This document shows, in pieces, positions 35,729 through 45,112 of a stretch of DNA of 64,000 nucleotides. This stretch comes from a virus (lineage: Duplodnaviria > Caudoviricetes): the IMG/VR virus record IMGVR_UViG_3300037484_000435, positions 128,001 to 192,000 of that record; one strand, given 5' to 3'. The notes below the pieces were generated by a model. The model saw only the letters and a list, made by a program, of their open reading frames with translations. It did no database searches and had not been told where the DNA came from. The translations under genes and the position numbers were made by a program. How positions within the stretch are numbered: the first letter of the stretch is position 1; each line of letters opens with the position of its first letter.

Positions 35729-36669
35729 CTCCTATGCTTCTTTATCCAATTCAATTCATCTTCTAGGGAAAAGTCAGTCGCACAATTATCGGGTAAATTC
35801 TCCTTGAATTTAGATAATCCCTCAAAATCATCCACTTCAGTATCTGAGCTCACGACCCAACGCGTAGGTTTTAACCCCTCAGCAATTAGTTCTTGCTGTT
35901 TCTTCTCATTGGGCCAAGCCTTATCAGATTCATAGAGAGGAATCAATATTCTTTCTCTTAATTTATCCCCTTTTCTATATTGAATTACTTTTTCTTCCTT
36001 CCCATAAAAATTCATTTCTCCTCTCCTTCCTGGGATCAATGTTAACTTTCCAGACCTCAAGTCTTCATCAAACCAGCCGTCATGTAATTTTCTATGACAA
36101 TTGGCGCACACATACACACATTTCTGAAGTTCTGGCACAACAATTGTGTCCCAATCACGACTTATTAAGGTCGCCACAACGAAGTCTTTTTCGGCTGGAT
36201 CAACATGATGACAATCATACATTCGGTAACAACTTTCACTTACACCACATATGTAACAAGATTGCCCATAATACTCATGAATCTTTTTACTATATCGCCG
36301 CCTATAATCTGTGGCTACCGTATGTATTCTTTCCAGATTACGCTTACGATATTCCTTATTTTTCTCAGATAACTTGTCTCTATTCTGTTGACGATAACTA
36401 GTTTGGTAACATTTAATTTTTTCTACATTCTGTTCTTGATACTTTTTTGCGGACTCGATAATCTCTTGTCTATGTGTCTCGTAATATTTTGCGTTCTTCG
36501 TTGAAATTTTATCTTTATTTTTTAAATAGTATTCTTTCTTATATTGAGACTTACGTGTATCCTTTTCTTCAGTCAAACTATTGATACCCATATCTGAAGA
36601 CACCTCCCCCTTAATCAAAAAAATTCTATATAACTTCCACAATGAATTTGTCACTTGGTAGTTTAGCAA
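35725..36669 (-). CDS. HNH homing endonuclease (family A) fused in-frame to a downstream protein that has its own start at 36015
   Basis: CYICG..HHVDP..ELQKCVYVCANCHRKLH, then GGAAGGAGAGGAGAA-ATG internal start. Confidence 0.78.
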   Translation of the reverse strand: MLNYQVTNSLWKLYRIFLIKGEVSSDMGINSLTEEKDTRKSQYKKEYYLKNKDKISTKNAKYYETHRQEIIESAKKYQEQNVEKIKCYQTSYRQQNRDKLSEKNKEYRKRNLERIHTVATDYRRRYSKKIHEYYGQSCYICGVSESCYRMYDCHHVDPAEKDFVVATLISRDWDTIVVPELQKCVYVCANCHRKLHDGWFDEDLRSGKLTLIPGRRGEMNFYGKEEKVIQYRKGDKLRERILIPLYESDKAWPNEKKQQELIAEGLKPTRWVVSSDTEVDDFEGLSKFKENLPDNCATDFSLEDELNWIKKHRS

Positions 36670-37648
36670 ACGTGTAAATGTCCTTTATATCGCGGGGCCA
36701 TTCTGGTTCCTCAATAGAAACTTCCATCAAGGGGCCTAACGAGTGTGCATCATTAACTTCGATAAGGGGTAAATCAAGAGACAGCGGTGGTTTTAATTTT
36801 CCAATAAACTCTTCACCCCAACGATCCATAAAATAGCGACGGTTAATACTACTTTGGAACCGCATCTCCTCAACATCCATATTCACCGCGGGAATTCCTG
36901 GGTGTAACATTTTAGTTTTGTCTGTAATATCAAACCCAAAACCCGCCATACCCCACCGCAATAGAAAATCTAATTCACCGCTGTGGTCAAAGCCTCGGCT
37001 GAACACACGGTCAAAACCGTTTACTTTATCAAAATTCTTTTTGCTAACAACAAAAGAAAACAGATAGGGTGTGGGTGCGTATTGTGGATGAATCAGATAA
37101 ACCCACTGATCGCAGAAACGTGACCATACTGGCCCTAACACGGTAGTTATACTCGTTAGAGTCGTGTCTATGTTAGCAGTTCGTCCGACTCTGAGTAGGT
37201 CCCAAGGCTGAAAAAACATAACCAAGTCTCTTAGCCCCATTACACGGTCGTGCTCAACAAATTCCATACCGATATCCCAATTTAAAGTAGGCCTGTCGCC
37301 TGGGCACCCCCGACGAATAAACACTATCTTGGTATTGATGTGGTTTTTTATATCGCCCAATACAGATAAGATATCCGCTCGTCGCTCAATATCCGCAACA
37401 AATATAAACTGGTCGTGCTCTTGAATAATTCCTGGAAACTGTGCTATGGCACCCATCTGCTGGGCAAACATCTCAGGAGCCTGCGTACTGATTGCCCATA
37501 CAAAACTCACTGGCTCATTAGGCACAGGTTCATATAGGTGCGGGTAGATATCGTGCTTCTCCAAAAACTTATGGAAGGCCTCCATACGAGCATAGAAAGA
37601 CACGGTTTCTTTTTTATCTTCCATCATTTTTAATATTTGGTCATACAT
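36626..37648 (-). CDS. glycosyltransferase family 2-like protein (divergent)
   Basis: C-terminal FDKVNGFDRVF..GELDFLLRW..GF..H..NRRYFMDRWG pattern. Confidence 0.6.
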   Translation of the reverse strand: MYDQILKMMEDKKETVSFYARMEAFHKFLEKHDIYPHLYEPVPNEPVSFVWAISTQAPEMFAQQMGAIAQFPGIIQEHDQFIFVADIERRADILSVLGDIKNHINTKIVFIRRGCPGDRPTLNWDIGMEFVEHDRVMGLRDLVMFFQPWDLLRVGRTANIDTTLTSITTVLGPVWSRFCDQWVYLIHPQYAPTPYLFSFVVSKKNFDKVNGFDRVFSRGFDHSGELDFLLRWGMAGFGFDITDKTKMLHPGIPAVNMDVEEMRFQSSINRRYFMDRWGEEFIGKLKPPLSLDLPLIEVNDAHSLGPLMEVSIEEPEWPRDIKDIYTFAKLPSDKFIVEVI

Positions 37649-38199
37649 TATTGTTTCATCCTTTCTACAAAAGTACTGGTTGACGATCCCTTTAGATTCG
37701 GTCTGGGAATCAACAGGATATTACCATGTAACGAACTTTCCACATTCAATCCCCTCTTCTTATACACAGGAATAAGGTAGTCACATTTAGGGTCATAGCC
37801 CGGAACATTAGCTATATCCCAGTCCTCACCTTTGAACATGACCCCGTGGTACCTTTCCTTAATAATATGCGAAGCCATAATTCCGTAGTCCACTTCACTG
37901 TTCATCAGGAAGCAGGCGTCTACGTACTTGATAGAGTTTACTATATTGAGCCTATGGAATTCTGGGTATACTGGTCTACCTGGACCCTTATTCTCCCTGA
38001 CTAACCTATCAGTTCCTACACCTACTACCAAAAAGTCACACATTTCTCTCGCCTGTCTGAGGCACCAAATGTGGCCGAAATGGCTGAGGTCCCACACCCC
38101 GCTGTAGAAGCCAATAATGCCACCATGCTCGTATCCTATGTGCTCACAATTATATATAAGCCCGTCTATTGACGCGGCATCTTTTAAGTCGACAATCAT
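37648..38199 (-). CDS. cytidylyltransferase-superfamily nucleotidyltransferase (RfaE/TagD-like)
   Basis: GVWDLSHFGHIWCL (HIGH), LVVGVGTD, KGPGRP..R, KGEDW, GSSTS. Confidence 0.85.
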   Translation of the reverse strand: MIVDLKDAASIDGLIYNCEHIGYEHGGIIGFYSGVWDLSHFGHIWCLRQAREMCDFLVVGVGTDRLVRENKGPGRPVYPEFHRLNIVNSIKYVDACFLMNSEVDYGIMASHIIKERYHGVMFKGEDWDIANVPGYDPKCDYLIPVYKKRGLNVESSLHGNILLIPRPNLKGSSTSTFVERMKQ

Positions 38200-38211
38200 T
38201 TTTCCGCTCCT

Positions 38212-39117
38212 TTAAAACGGTAAGTCCAATTCCTTTCCTTGACCACTGGGGTCTTCGGTATTAGTGACCTGTCCGTCTTTTATGGTATACACTTTACTTA
38301 ATATGTTTGGTGTACCCCACTCTTGGGGCTCGCCGCTGATAACAAGGTTTCTATCGGGACTCAAACGTATGACATTCGCTTTGTCCATAATTTTGAGTCT
38401 GTCAAAAATCCGACGCCCCGCCGCTTCCCGAGCTGGTGGAGTCTTTGGAGGACCATGCCAGAGGTGAATAGCCTGTCCAGTTATTTCCTTCTCATACTCC
38501 CCGTAGTGGTTCTTCCAATGTTCCCGAAAGCACGTATCCTCGTATCCTACAACTAGACTAAACAGTTCATCTATACCACCCAATTCAATAAACTTATTGC
38601 GTGAGAATCCCGAACAAAAATAAAATTTACTACGGGAAAATGGACCGCCTTCGGCGTAGTGGTAGTGTTTCTCATAACCTGACATTATGCTGTCATAATC
38701 ACCAAACCACTCATCTCCCTCAGTAAAGTGGGTTCGAGCGTTATACATTCTCTTGTCATTAGCTTTAAGCCCTTCCGCAATCTCAGAAATAATCCACTCA
38801 TCTTTCAGGACCACTTCGGGGTCTGTCTTGATAACGTAGGGGTTAGAAACAACATGCCTTATCATGCTATTAAATCTAGATACGGGGTTATAGGACCGTT
38901 TGGCTAAAACAGTTTTTTGCATATCAAACTGAAGATATTTAAAAGTAAACACTTCCGAGTACCTATCAATCAGGGAAAGAAGATTGTCAGTACTACGTAC
39001 GTCTCCTATACAAATCTCTATATCGTTGGCTGGGTAATCTTGTCTAGAAATACTTTCTAAACAATATTTAAGTAGATGTGCCCTATTTCGTATTGAGATA
39101 ATTATTGAAAATTTCAT
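38212..39117 (-). CDS. glycosyltransferase family 2
   Basis: FSIIISIRNRAHLL..CLESI, KTDPE, GGIDELF..GYED, HLWH. Confidence 0.85.
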   Translation of the reverse strand: MKFSIIISIRNRAHLLKYCLESISRQDYPANDIEICIGDVRSTDNLLSLIDRYSEVFTFKYLQFDMQKTVLAKRSYNPVSRFNSMIRHVVSNPYVIKTDPEVVLKDEWIISEIAEGLKANDKRMYNARTHFTEGDEWFGDYDSIMSGYEKHYHYAEGGPFSRSKFYFCSGFSRNKFIELGGIDELFSLVVGYEDTCFREHWKNHYGEYEKEITGQAIHLWHGPPKTPPAREAAGRRIFDRLKIMDKANVIRLSPDRNLVISGEPQEWGTPNILSKVYTIKDGQVTNTEDPSGQGKELDLPF

Positions 39118-39908
39118 TGTAGCTCCTCAAAGTTTTCATTGGGAAAACCCCAATTATCTGAAGTTATTGTCTGTCCATATCCCGACTCAAGAGGAGACCC
39201 CGGATGGCGAATATGAATTATGTTATACGGGTAGATGGACCTCGGTCTTCTTACTAATTGCTCTGCTCTGGCTATTTGCCACATGTCGACACCAGCCATG
39301 GAAGTCCCTTTTGGTGTGGACAACCCCTGTAACTGATACCAAATATCTCTATGCATAAGCGTAAAATCTCCGTTAGCGTTCCAATCGTGCGTGTGAACAA
39401 CGTTCTCGGGTTTACCGCAAAACTCTTTCAGTAAAGCTATATCTTTTGGTATATCCATTATAGTGTGATAAACAGTAGGGCGATTAGCAATCATTACACC
39501 ATCACAAGCTAGGCATGCTTTGGGGAATTCATCCACCCATAGGCAGTCTGGGTTAAGTGTTAATATCATTCTGCCCATCGTTCTTCTGACTCCTATATTC
39601 TTAGCGTGGCCTTCATGAAAAGCCCTCTCTGGACTTACTGTTCGTGTGAATTCGTAAGGCACCCTTATAATCCTAGCTTTCGCCTCCTTGACAAAATCCC
39701 AATCGGACGGCCCCTCACCCTCTTCTTTTCCGCACCATTCAACAATTACCAACTCATAATCGATATTCCTAAAGGCATGTTGTAGGGTGTACAAAGAATA
39801 TTCCGCCCGTTTCTTTGCCGAAGTTGGAACGGCGGGCTCAACTTCTCTCCGAACAACTGAACCGTAATTGTTGTTCCCGATACTCATAACTAAAGACAAT
39901 TCTTTCAT
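39114..39908 (-). CDS. glycosyltransferase family 2-like
   Basis: ELVIVEW, AKNIGVRR, LNPDC, GDFTLM, HIRH. Confidence 0.75.
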   Translation of the reverse strand: MKELSLVMSIGNNNYGSVVRREVEPAVPTSAKKRAEYSLYTLQHAFRNIDYELVIVEWCGKEEGEGPSDWDFVKEAKARIIRVPYEFTRTVSPERAFHEGHAKNIGVRRTMGRMILTLNPDCLWVDEFPKACLACDGVMIANRPTVYHTIMDIPKDIALLKEFCGKPENVVHTHDWNANGDFTLMHRDIWYQLQGLSTPKGTSMAGVDMWQIARAEQLVRRPRSIYPYNIIHIRHPGSPLESGYGQTITSDNWGFPNENFEELQ

Positions 39909-39916
39909 TCTTCTCC

Positions 39917-40870
39917 TTAATACAATTCTAATTTCTTACACATTCTTCTCAGAGTTGAATAAGACCGTGCAGGAAAAAAATATTGCAATTTAGCAACGTC
40001 CTTATATTTATCATAAATATCCTTCAGACTATTTATCTCTTCTTCTGTCCACCGGATACGTGGTTTTAAGCTTATCTCCCTGCGTATGCCTGTTCTACTA
40101 GCCTTTAAAGTAATAGCAGACCACGAAAAATCAGGCAATAATTCCATCACCTCTTCTCTAGAAGCGTTGGGATAATGATTCTTTAAAATTGAAAAATCCT
40201 CCTCTGCCCACTCTCTCCTGAAAATCTGCTCCGCCCGCTCTCCTAAGAACTCCACAGCGATAGTATATTTTCTCTCTAAATAGATTGTAGCGTCCTTGTA
40301 AATCCATTGTAAGAATCGCACAGCATTCAAGGCAGAGTATTTTACACAGTAAACATTTCCTTCAGGGCATACTCTAGTTGTGTTTCTCTGAATCTTACTG
40401 AACTCACTATGTACAAAAGACACAATATCTAAAGTCCCAACAACCCCACATTGGAGTTTGTGCTTCTTATGAGAATAAATTGTACCATCACCATCAAAGT
40501 AGCCTCGGACATAATGACTTATTAAATTCTCGGGTAAGTTAATAGGTGGTTTTAGAGTAAAGGTCTTTCTAGGGGTAAGGTTATGCTCTAATAACTGATA
40601 ATACAAATTCTTATCACTAACTACAAGAGTTATCATATTACCCTTCTCTTTTCTATTCTGAAGATATAAGGCCCTAGTTGGACATAAAATATTTTTGATT
40701 TTCTCAAGAATCTCCGTGTCAGATTCTTTCAGACTCAATGTAACAACATAGCCAGCGGATTTACTATAATACATACACCCGTCTGCACAAAAGAACCCTA
40801 GAATGTAAGCTTTCTCCTCTGTATCAATAACAGAAAAGTCCAATGATTTGTGTTTACAAGGTCTGCCCAA
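39917..40870 (-). CDS. free-standing LAGLIDADG homing endonuclease with C-terminal Myb-like repeats
   Basis: KAYILGFFCADG, HYVRGYFDGDG; WAEEDFSILKNHY and WTEEEINSLKDIY. Confidence 0.9.
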   Translation of the reverse strand: MGRPCKHKSLDFSVIDTEEKAYILGFFCADGCMYYSKSAGYVVTLSLKESDTEILEKIKNILCPTRALYLQNRKEKGNMITLVVSDKNLYYQLLEHNLTPRKTFTLKPPINLPENLISHYVRGYFDGDGTIYSHKKHKLQCGVVGTLDIVSFVHSEFSKIQRNTTRVCPEGNVYCVKYSALNAVRFLQWIYKDATIYLERKYTIAVEFLGERAEQIFRREWAEEDFSILKNHYPNASREEVMELLPDFSWSAITLKASRTGIRREISLKPRIRWTEEEINSLKDIYDKYKDVAKLQYFFPARSYSTLRRMCKKLELY

Positions 40871-40873
40871 TAC

Positions 40874-40909
40874 TACCTCCTTTATACTGTCTACACATAA
40901 AAGAAAGTA
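40874..40909 (-). promoter_or_regulatory. RBS-sequestering hairpin upstream of LAGLIDADG gene
   Basis: TACTTTCTTT(T)ATG pairs with TATAAAGGAGGTA (several G-U pairs, one bulge). Confidence 0.5.
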
Positions 40910-40925
40910 AATTAATTTAGGTAGA

Positions 40926-41879
40926 CTAACGGCTACCGAAGATAACTAAATCGGGGCGAGCTTCTGAAATAGGTATTTTATTTACTTTACATTTCCCTTT
41001 CTCCCAAGAAGTCAAAGTAAGATGGCTATACAACCTTCCCCAAGTTAAATCTAAGTTTGGAGGAGTATCCTTTAGTTCCTCCCTTAACTTCGCACCTTGA
41101 TTTACGTAACCATACAGGTGCGAAGGAACTCCTTGCGGGCCCGAAGCCATACCGCCGTGCCAGAGATGGATAACAGGGCTATCCAACATAGGAATAAAAG
41201 AGTCGATCCCATATTTCTTCTTCCAAAAATCTAAGAAATGATTGTCTTCCGAGCCTATGAAGTTAGTGAAGCGCTCATCTATACCACCCAGCCTTATATA
41301 ACTTTCTTTCCTAAAAACTGACATATAATACACAAGTTCATATTTTGCGTTATCTTTTGTTATGTGGGTGGGGTAGTGAGACTTTAAATAGTTATCTTTT
41401 ATACTTTCCATATTACTAATAGGAAACTCGTAGCAATGATAGGGGAATGGCATAACAAATCTGTCCTGCTTCTCGTTTACCAAATCAATTGCTTTCTGCA
41501 AGAACAACGGGTCCAAAATAACCATCTCTGGGTCTGTTTTCCATAGAATATCGTGGCTACACAACTTAACCAAAATGTTGTAACGCTCGGCAGGACACCC
41601 GAACGGATTATTTACTACTGACTTGGAACGGTCCCAGTCCCATTTCTTGACGGACTGAAAAACATTACTGTAGTCACAAAGAACCTCGTCTAGGTTATCT
41701 GAACTACGGCTATCCATAACATTAAGTTCAACCCCGACTCCTGCCCTTGTCGTGTTATCACGTATAGCCTCTAAGCACCACTTCAATAGGTGTGCTCTAT
41801 TGTGAATTGATGTAAATACAGATATTGTTATTCCTTTATTATACAAAATTCTTTTTCTCCTATAATTCGCAAACAACAA
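40926..41879 (-). CDS. glycosyltransferase family 2 (paralog of 38212-39117)
   Basis: SIHNRAHLLKWCL, KTDPEM, LGGIDERF..GSED, IHLWHG. Confidence 0.85.
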   Translation of the reverse strand: MLFANYRRKRILYNKGITISVFTSIHNRAHLLKWCLEAIRDNTTRAGVGVELNVMDSRSSDNLDEVLCDYSNVFQSVKKWDWDRSKSVVNNPFGCPAERYNILVKLCSHDILWKTDPEMVILDPLFLQKAIDLVNEKQDRFVMPFPYHCYEFPISNMESIKDNYLKSHYPTHITKDNAKYELVYYMSVFRKESYIRLGGIDERFTNFIGSEDNHFLDFWKKKYGIDSFIPMLDSPVIHLWHGGMASGPQGVPSHLYGYVNQGAKLREELKDTPPNLDLTWGRLYSHLTLTSWEKGKCKVNKIPISEARPDLVIFGSR

Positions 41880-41908
41880 TAAAGCAAGTTAGTGTCGTTT
41901 CTCCCTTC

Positions 41909-42958
41909 CTAAAGAGGAGCAACTTCTCCTTTCTCCCTATAAAATGACCTAGTACCGCGAACACGGGTATTAATACCACACTTCTTCAAACACCGCTGTA
42001 TCGTAATAAAGGACACATTGAAAATCTGAGAAATCTCTGAAATAGTCATGCCTCTCTCGTAATAATCTACAACCAAGGAATAGTCAGATATCAATAATTT
42101 CCTCCTCGATTCAATAGAACGTGTTACTGACCCACCACCATTAATATACTTAGAGATGGTTGCATGACAAACACCATACTTAGATGCAAGGGATATAGTA
42201 CTTTCTCCCAGTTCATATTGTTTTATGACTGACTCCGCATCCTCCAAAGAAATTATCTTTCGATCATCCTGTCGTTTACCCAATAAACATATTTGTTTAT
42301 TTTCGTTCTCCATTATAGATAAATAGGAATCAAATTTATTCTTCTTTCTTGTTAGGTGGGGGATATCATCAGTATAATACATCCATTTATATAGTTTTTT
42401 AATGTTTTTAAAACTTTTAGTCTGAGCCACCACACACCCCACCCCATTACGAATAAAAAGGTTAATTCCTAATTCCTCCAATAAAAATAACCGCAGCCCT
42501 GTGACAAAATACTTAGATGATGTAATATTCCATATACCAATTAATATAGGAATACCTTTACGATGACCGACACCGTAACTAAAACACCCGTCGCCATCAA
42601 ACACCCCCCTTATAAAATCCACCATTAGTTCATCAGGTATAAAATTGGGGAATTTTAAAATCGACGTCTTTCTTGGTACACAGCCAAAATAGGCTAATTG
42701 ATCACTCAGACGTAGGCTATTGATTTTGAGGCAAGTAGACCTTGACGAATCCATTGGGGATAAAGGTCGGCTACTTCCTAACAAGTCTTTAAAGTATTTG
42801 AGTAAATAACTGTCCGAACTCTGCAAACAGAGAGATACTGCGTTACTACCCCAATGATTGCACCCATCAGCGTACATCATGCCTAAGAAGTAAGATTTCT
42901 CTGGTGTATCCAAAGTATCTAGAAACCCCTCATTTAAAGTATATCTTCTGGGTGACAT
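41909..42958 (-). CDS. free-standing LAGLIDADG homing endonuclease with C-terminal HTH repeats
   Basis: KSYFLGMMYADG, FIRGVFDGDG. Confidence 0.9.
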   Translation of the reverse strand: MSPRRYTLNEGFLDTLDTPEKSYFLGMMYADGCNHWGSNAVSLCLQSSDSYLLKYFKDLLGSSRPLSPMDSSRSTCLKINSLRLSDQLAYFGCVPRKTSILKFPNFIPDELMVDFIRGVFDGDGCFSYGVGHRKGIPILIGIWNITSSKYFVTGLRLFLLEELGINLFIRNGVGCVVAQTKSFKNIKKLYKWMYYTDDIPHLTRKKNKFDSYLSIMENENKQICLLGKRQDDRKIISLEDAESVIKQYELGESTISLASKYGVCHATISKYINGGGSVTRSIESRRKLLISDYSLVVDYYERGMTISEISQIFNVSFITIQRCLKKCGINTRVRGTRSFYREKGEVAPL

Positions 42959-42973
42959 ATACCGCTCTCCTCC

Positions 42974-43020
42974 TTTTTTACTATAAGAAAGAGGTAAGTT
43001 AAATCAAGTATAGTAAAAAA
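42974..43020. repeat. 12-bp perfect inverted repeat upstream of LAGLIDADG gene
   Basis: TTTTTTACTATA (42974-42985) and TATAGTAAAAAA (43009-43020). Confidence 0.75.
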
Positions 43021-43060
43021 TATCTATATGTATAAGTTGACAGCAGGCTAATTGTTTAAC

Positions 43061-43885
43061 CTAAAATAAAGATTTATTCCAGTACAAGACTGCTTCCTCA
43101 TTAGTCGGAAAGTCTTCTCCTGCCCTTTCTAGGTAACTATGAAGTTTGTTAGTATTTATTTGTGCCCTAACTTTGGGAGGATTACCTATCTTGATAATAG
43201 AATTGTTTATCCCCAATAAATCCGCAATTCGTAGAGGGCTGATAGTGTTTTTAGGGGCTACATTAATGATCTCCTTATTATATTGATCGCTAAGCTTAAC
43301 CACTATCCGTGCAAATCGATCAACATGAATATATTGAGCATATGAATCAGGTGTATAATAAAAATAAGGTTCCTTTCTAGTTAAGGCAAATATAACATTC
43401 TTAGTTAACCCCAATCCTGAAAATCCATTGGGACGCACCACAACGAAGTTTGGTGTTTTTTCTTTCACAACAAGTTCCCCTAAATATTTGGATTTACCAT
43501 AGTTACTTAGTGTAATTTCATCTATTTTTACTTTTTCATCTGGGCATCTATAAGTTGATGGATAAACCGCTTGGCTAGAAACATAAATAAATTTCTCAAG
43601 GGAAAAATCCTCAACAGCCATCTCCACCTGTTTGACATTTACGTCGTAGGCATAAGCCCAATCTTCACACAGTTCTTTGGAAGCGGAACCGCCAGCAAAA
43701 AAGACGTTATTAAATTTATGTCCTTTCCATAAGGGGTAATTCTCACGCGTTATACCTATCCACTCTTTATCAGGACATATAACTTTAGCTACCCGTATTA
43801 TTGCACTCCCAATGAAACCCTTGGCCCCTACCACAGCATTAACCATACTCTTTACTCCTTGTATCCGACCTGCTCCTCCAACCAT
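43061..43885 (-). CDS. NAD-dependent epimerase/reductase (SDR); likely start MVNAVVG
   Basis: VGAKGFIG, YVSSQAVY, intact YGKSK. Confidence 0.82.
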   Translation of the reverse strand: MVGGAGRIQGVKSMVNAVVGAKGFIGSAIIRVAKVICPDKEWIGITRENYPLWKGHKFNNVFFAGGSASKELCEDWAYAYDVNVKQVEMAVEDFSLEKFIYVSSQAVYPSTYRCPDEKVKIDEITLSNYGKSKYLGELVVKEKTPNFVVVRPNGFSGLGLTKNVIFALTRKEPYFYYTPDSYAQYIHVDRFARIVVKLSDQYNKEIINVAPKNTISPLRIADLLGINNSIIKIGNPPKVRAQINTNKLHSYLERAGEDFPTNEEAVLYWNKSLF

Positions 43886-44337
43886 GCCCGCGTCTCAGGA
43901 GCCAGTAATATTACTTCCTTGTTCATCTCGTAATAAGGCAGAACGTTGTTATCCCCGAACCTTATACGTTGGGTAGACCTCCAGTCCGCAAGCATTTCTC
44001 TTCTGTAAGTCTCGGGCATTTCTATTGGGTAAGTAATGCCCTTCTGGTCGTCAGTATACTGCCAATAAGTCCAGTGGTGCGGATTTCGCTTATGCGTGTG
44101 TAAAAACCAAGACATTCCAAACCCACGATCATTCTTGTTGGTTCCCCCACCCTCTTCAGCCATTTGTTTATACTTCCATTCCGCGTAACCGAACCATTCT
44201 GATGGTAGAAGTTTAGACCAGTCATGGATAATTAGACGCCATATAGGAAGACCTAACTTACGCCCCTCGCTGTAAACATAGTATTTATGCTTCATAAGAT
44301 ACGTTAAGTACTCAATATGAACTTTTAGTTTAGTCAT
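43852..44337 (-). CDS. DUF5662-like (HD-related) phage protein
   Basis: HKYYV..IHDWSK..RNPHHW..EMP..EMLADW. Confidence 0.7.
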   Translation of the reverse strand: MTKLKVHIEYLTYLMKHKYYVYSEGRKLGLPIWRLIIHDWSKLLPSEWFGYAEWKYKQMAEEGGGTNKNDRGFGMSWFLHTHKRNPHHWTYWQYTDDQKGITYPIEMPETYRREMLADWRSTQRIRFGDNNVLPYYEMNKEVILLAPETRAWLEEQVGYKE

Positions 44338-44341
44338 TTAA

Positions 44342-45112
44342 TTAACCGTGTCTCCTTCCTGTCCACTTACGAATTAAATCTTTGTCTCTTTGGCGGGGTA
44401 TAAACTCTGCTAAGGGTTCTATGTCTTCATATCCATCACATTCATAGTCTAAATCCATCGAGCATGTCTGACATTTAGGACACCTTAATTTTCCATCCTC
44501 AAACCCTTCCCCAAAAAGCCGCCCGATTTCACCTTCTATTCGGGAAATAATAGGTGTGCCTTCTGGAAAGGGAAAAACCTCATCTGTTCCTATATCAGTC
44601 CTCGCTAATAGTCGTGTAAGAATACCCTGACCTTCAACTTTAATATCTATTAAATGCAGCTTATCATAAATCTCACAGTTGCAGTCAGGCCACGAGAAGC
44701 AGTACTCCACAAAATAATTACGACTAGTCACAAAGTAAAATTCAAATACCTTTATATATTTGATATGTGTTTTTTGAGGGCTACCATAAGAGATGCCTTC
44801 TTCTCCTCTGGTTTCCCTAAAGTTTCTGAAGTTCATTGTTCTTGGCTCAATAAAAAAGTCAACGTCTTCCAGAGTGTAAGTCCTCCCGAATCTCCTCGCT
44901 ACTTCTTCTATCTCTTCATTTAGCTCGGTTGCCATTAAAATAATATTTTGCTCAAGTTCAGTTTGTTCCTCTTCTAACTGTCGCGACCGAATAATGAGAC
45001 CCTTAACTCTTTGGTTCATATCGTAGAGCTTTCTATAAGATTCATCAAACGCTTCCGCGACCCAGTCTTTTCTTTCCTCATATCTAAAATCAAGTTTTTC
45101 CATCATCACCAA
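44342..45112 (-). CDS. hypothetical protein with coiled coil and C-terminal CxxC
   Basis: ORF track. Confidence 0.6.
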   Translation of the reverse strand: MVMMEKLDFRYEERKDWVAEAFDESYRKLYDMNQRVKGLIIRSRQLEEEQTELEQNIILMATELNEEIEEVARRFGRTYTLEDVDFFIEPRTMNFRNFRETRGEEGISYGSPQKTHIKYIKVFEFYFVTSRNYFVEYCFSWPDCNCEIYDKLHLIDIKVEGQGILTRLLARTDIGTDEVFPFPEGTPIISRIEGEIGRLFGEGFEDGKLRCPKCQTCSMDLDYECDGYEDIEPLAEFIPRQRDKDLIRKWTGRRHG

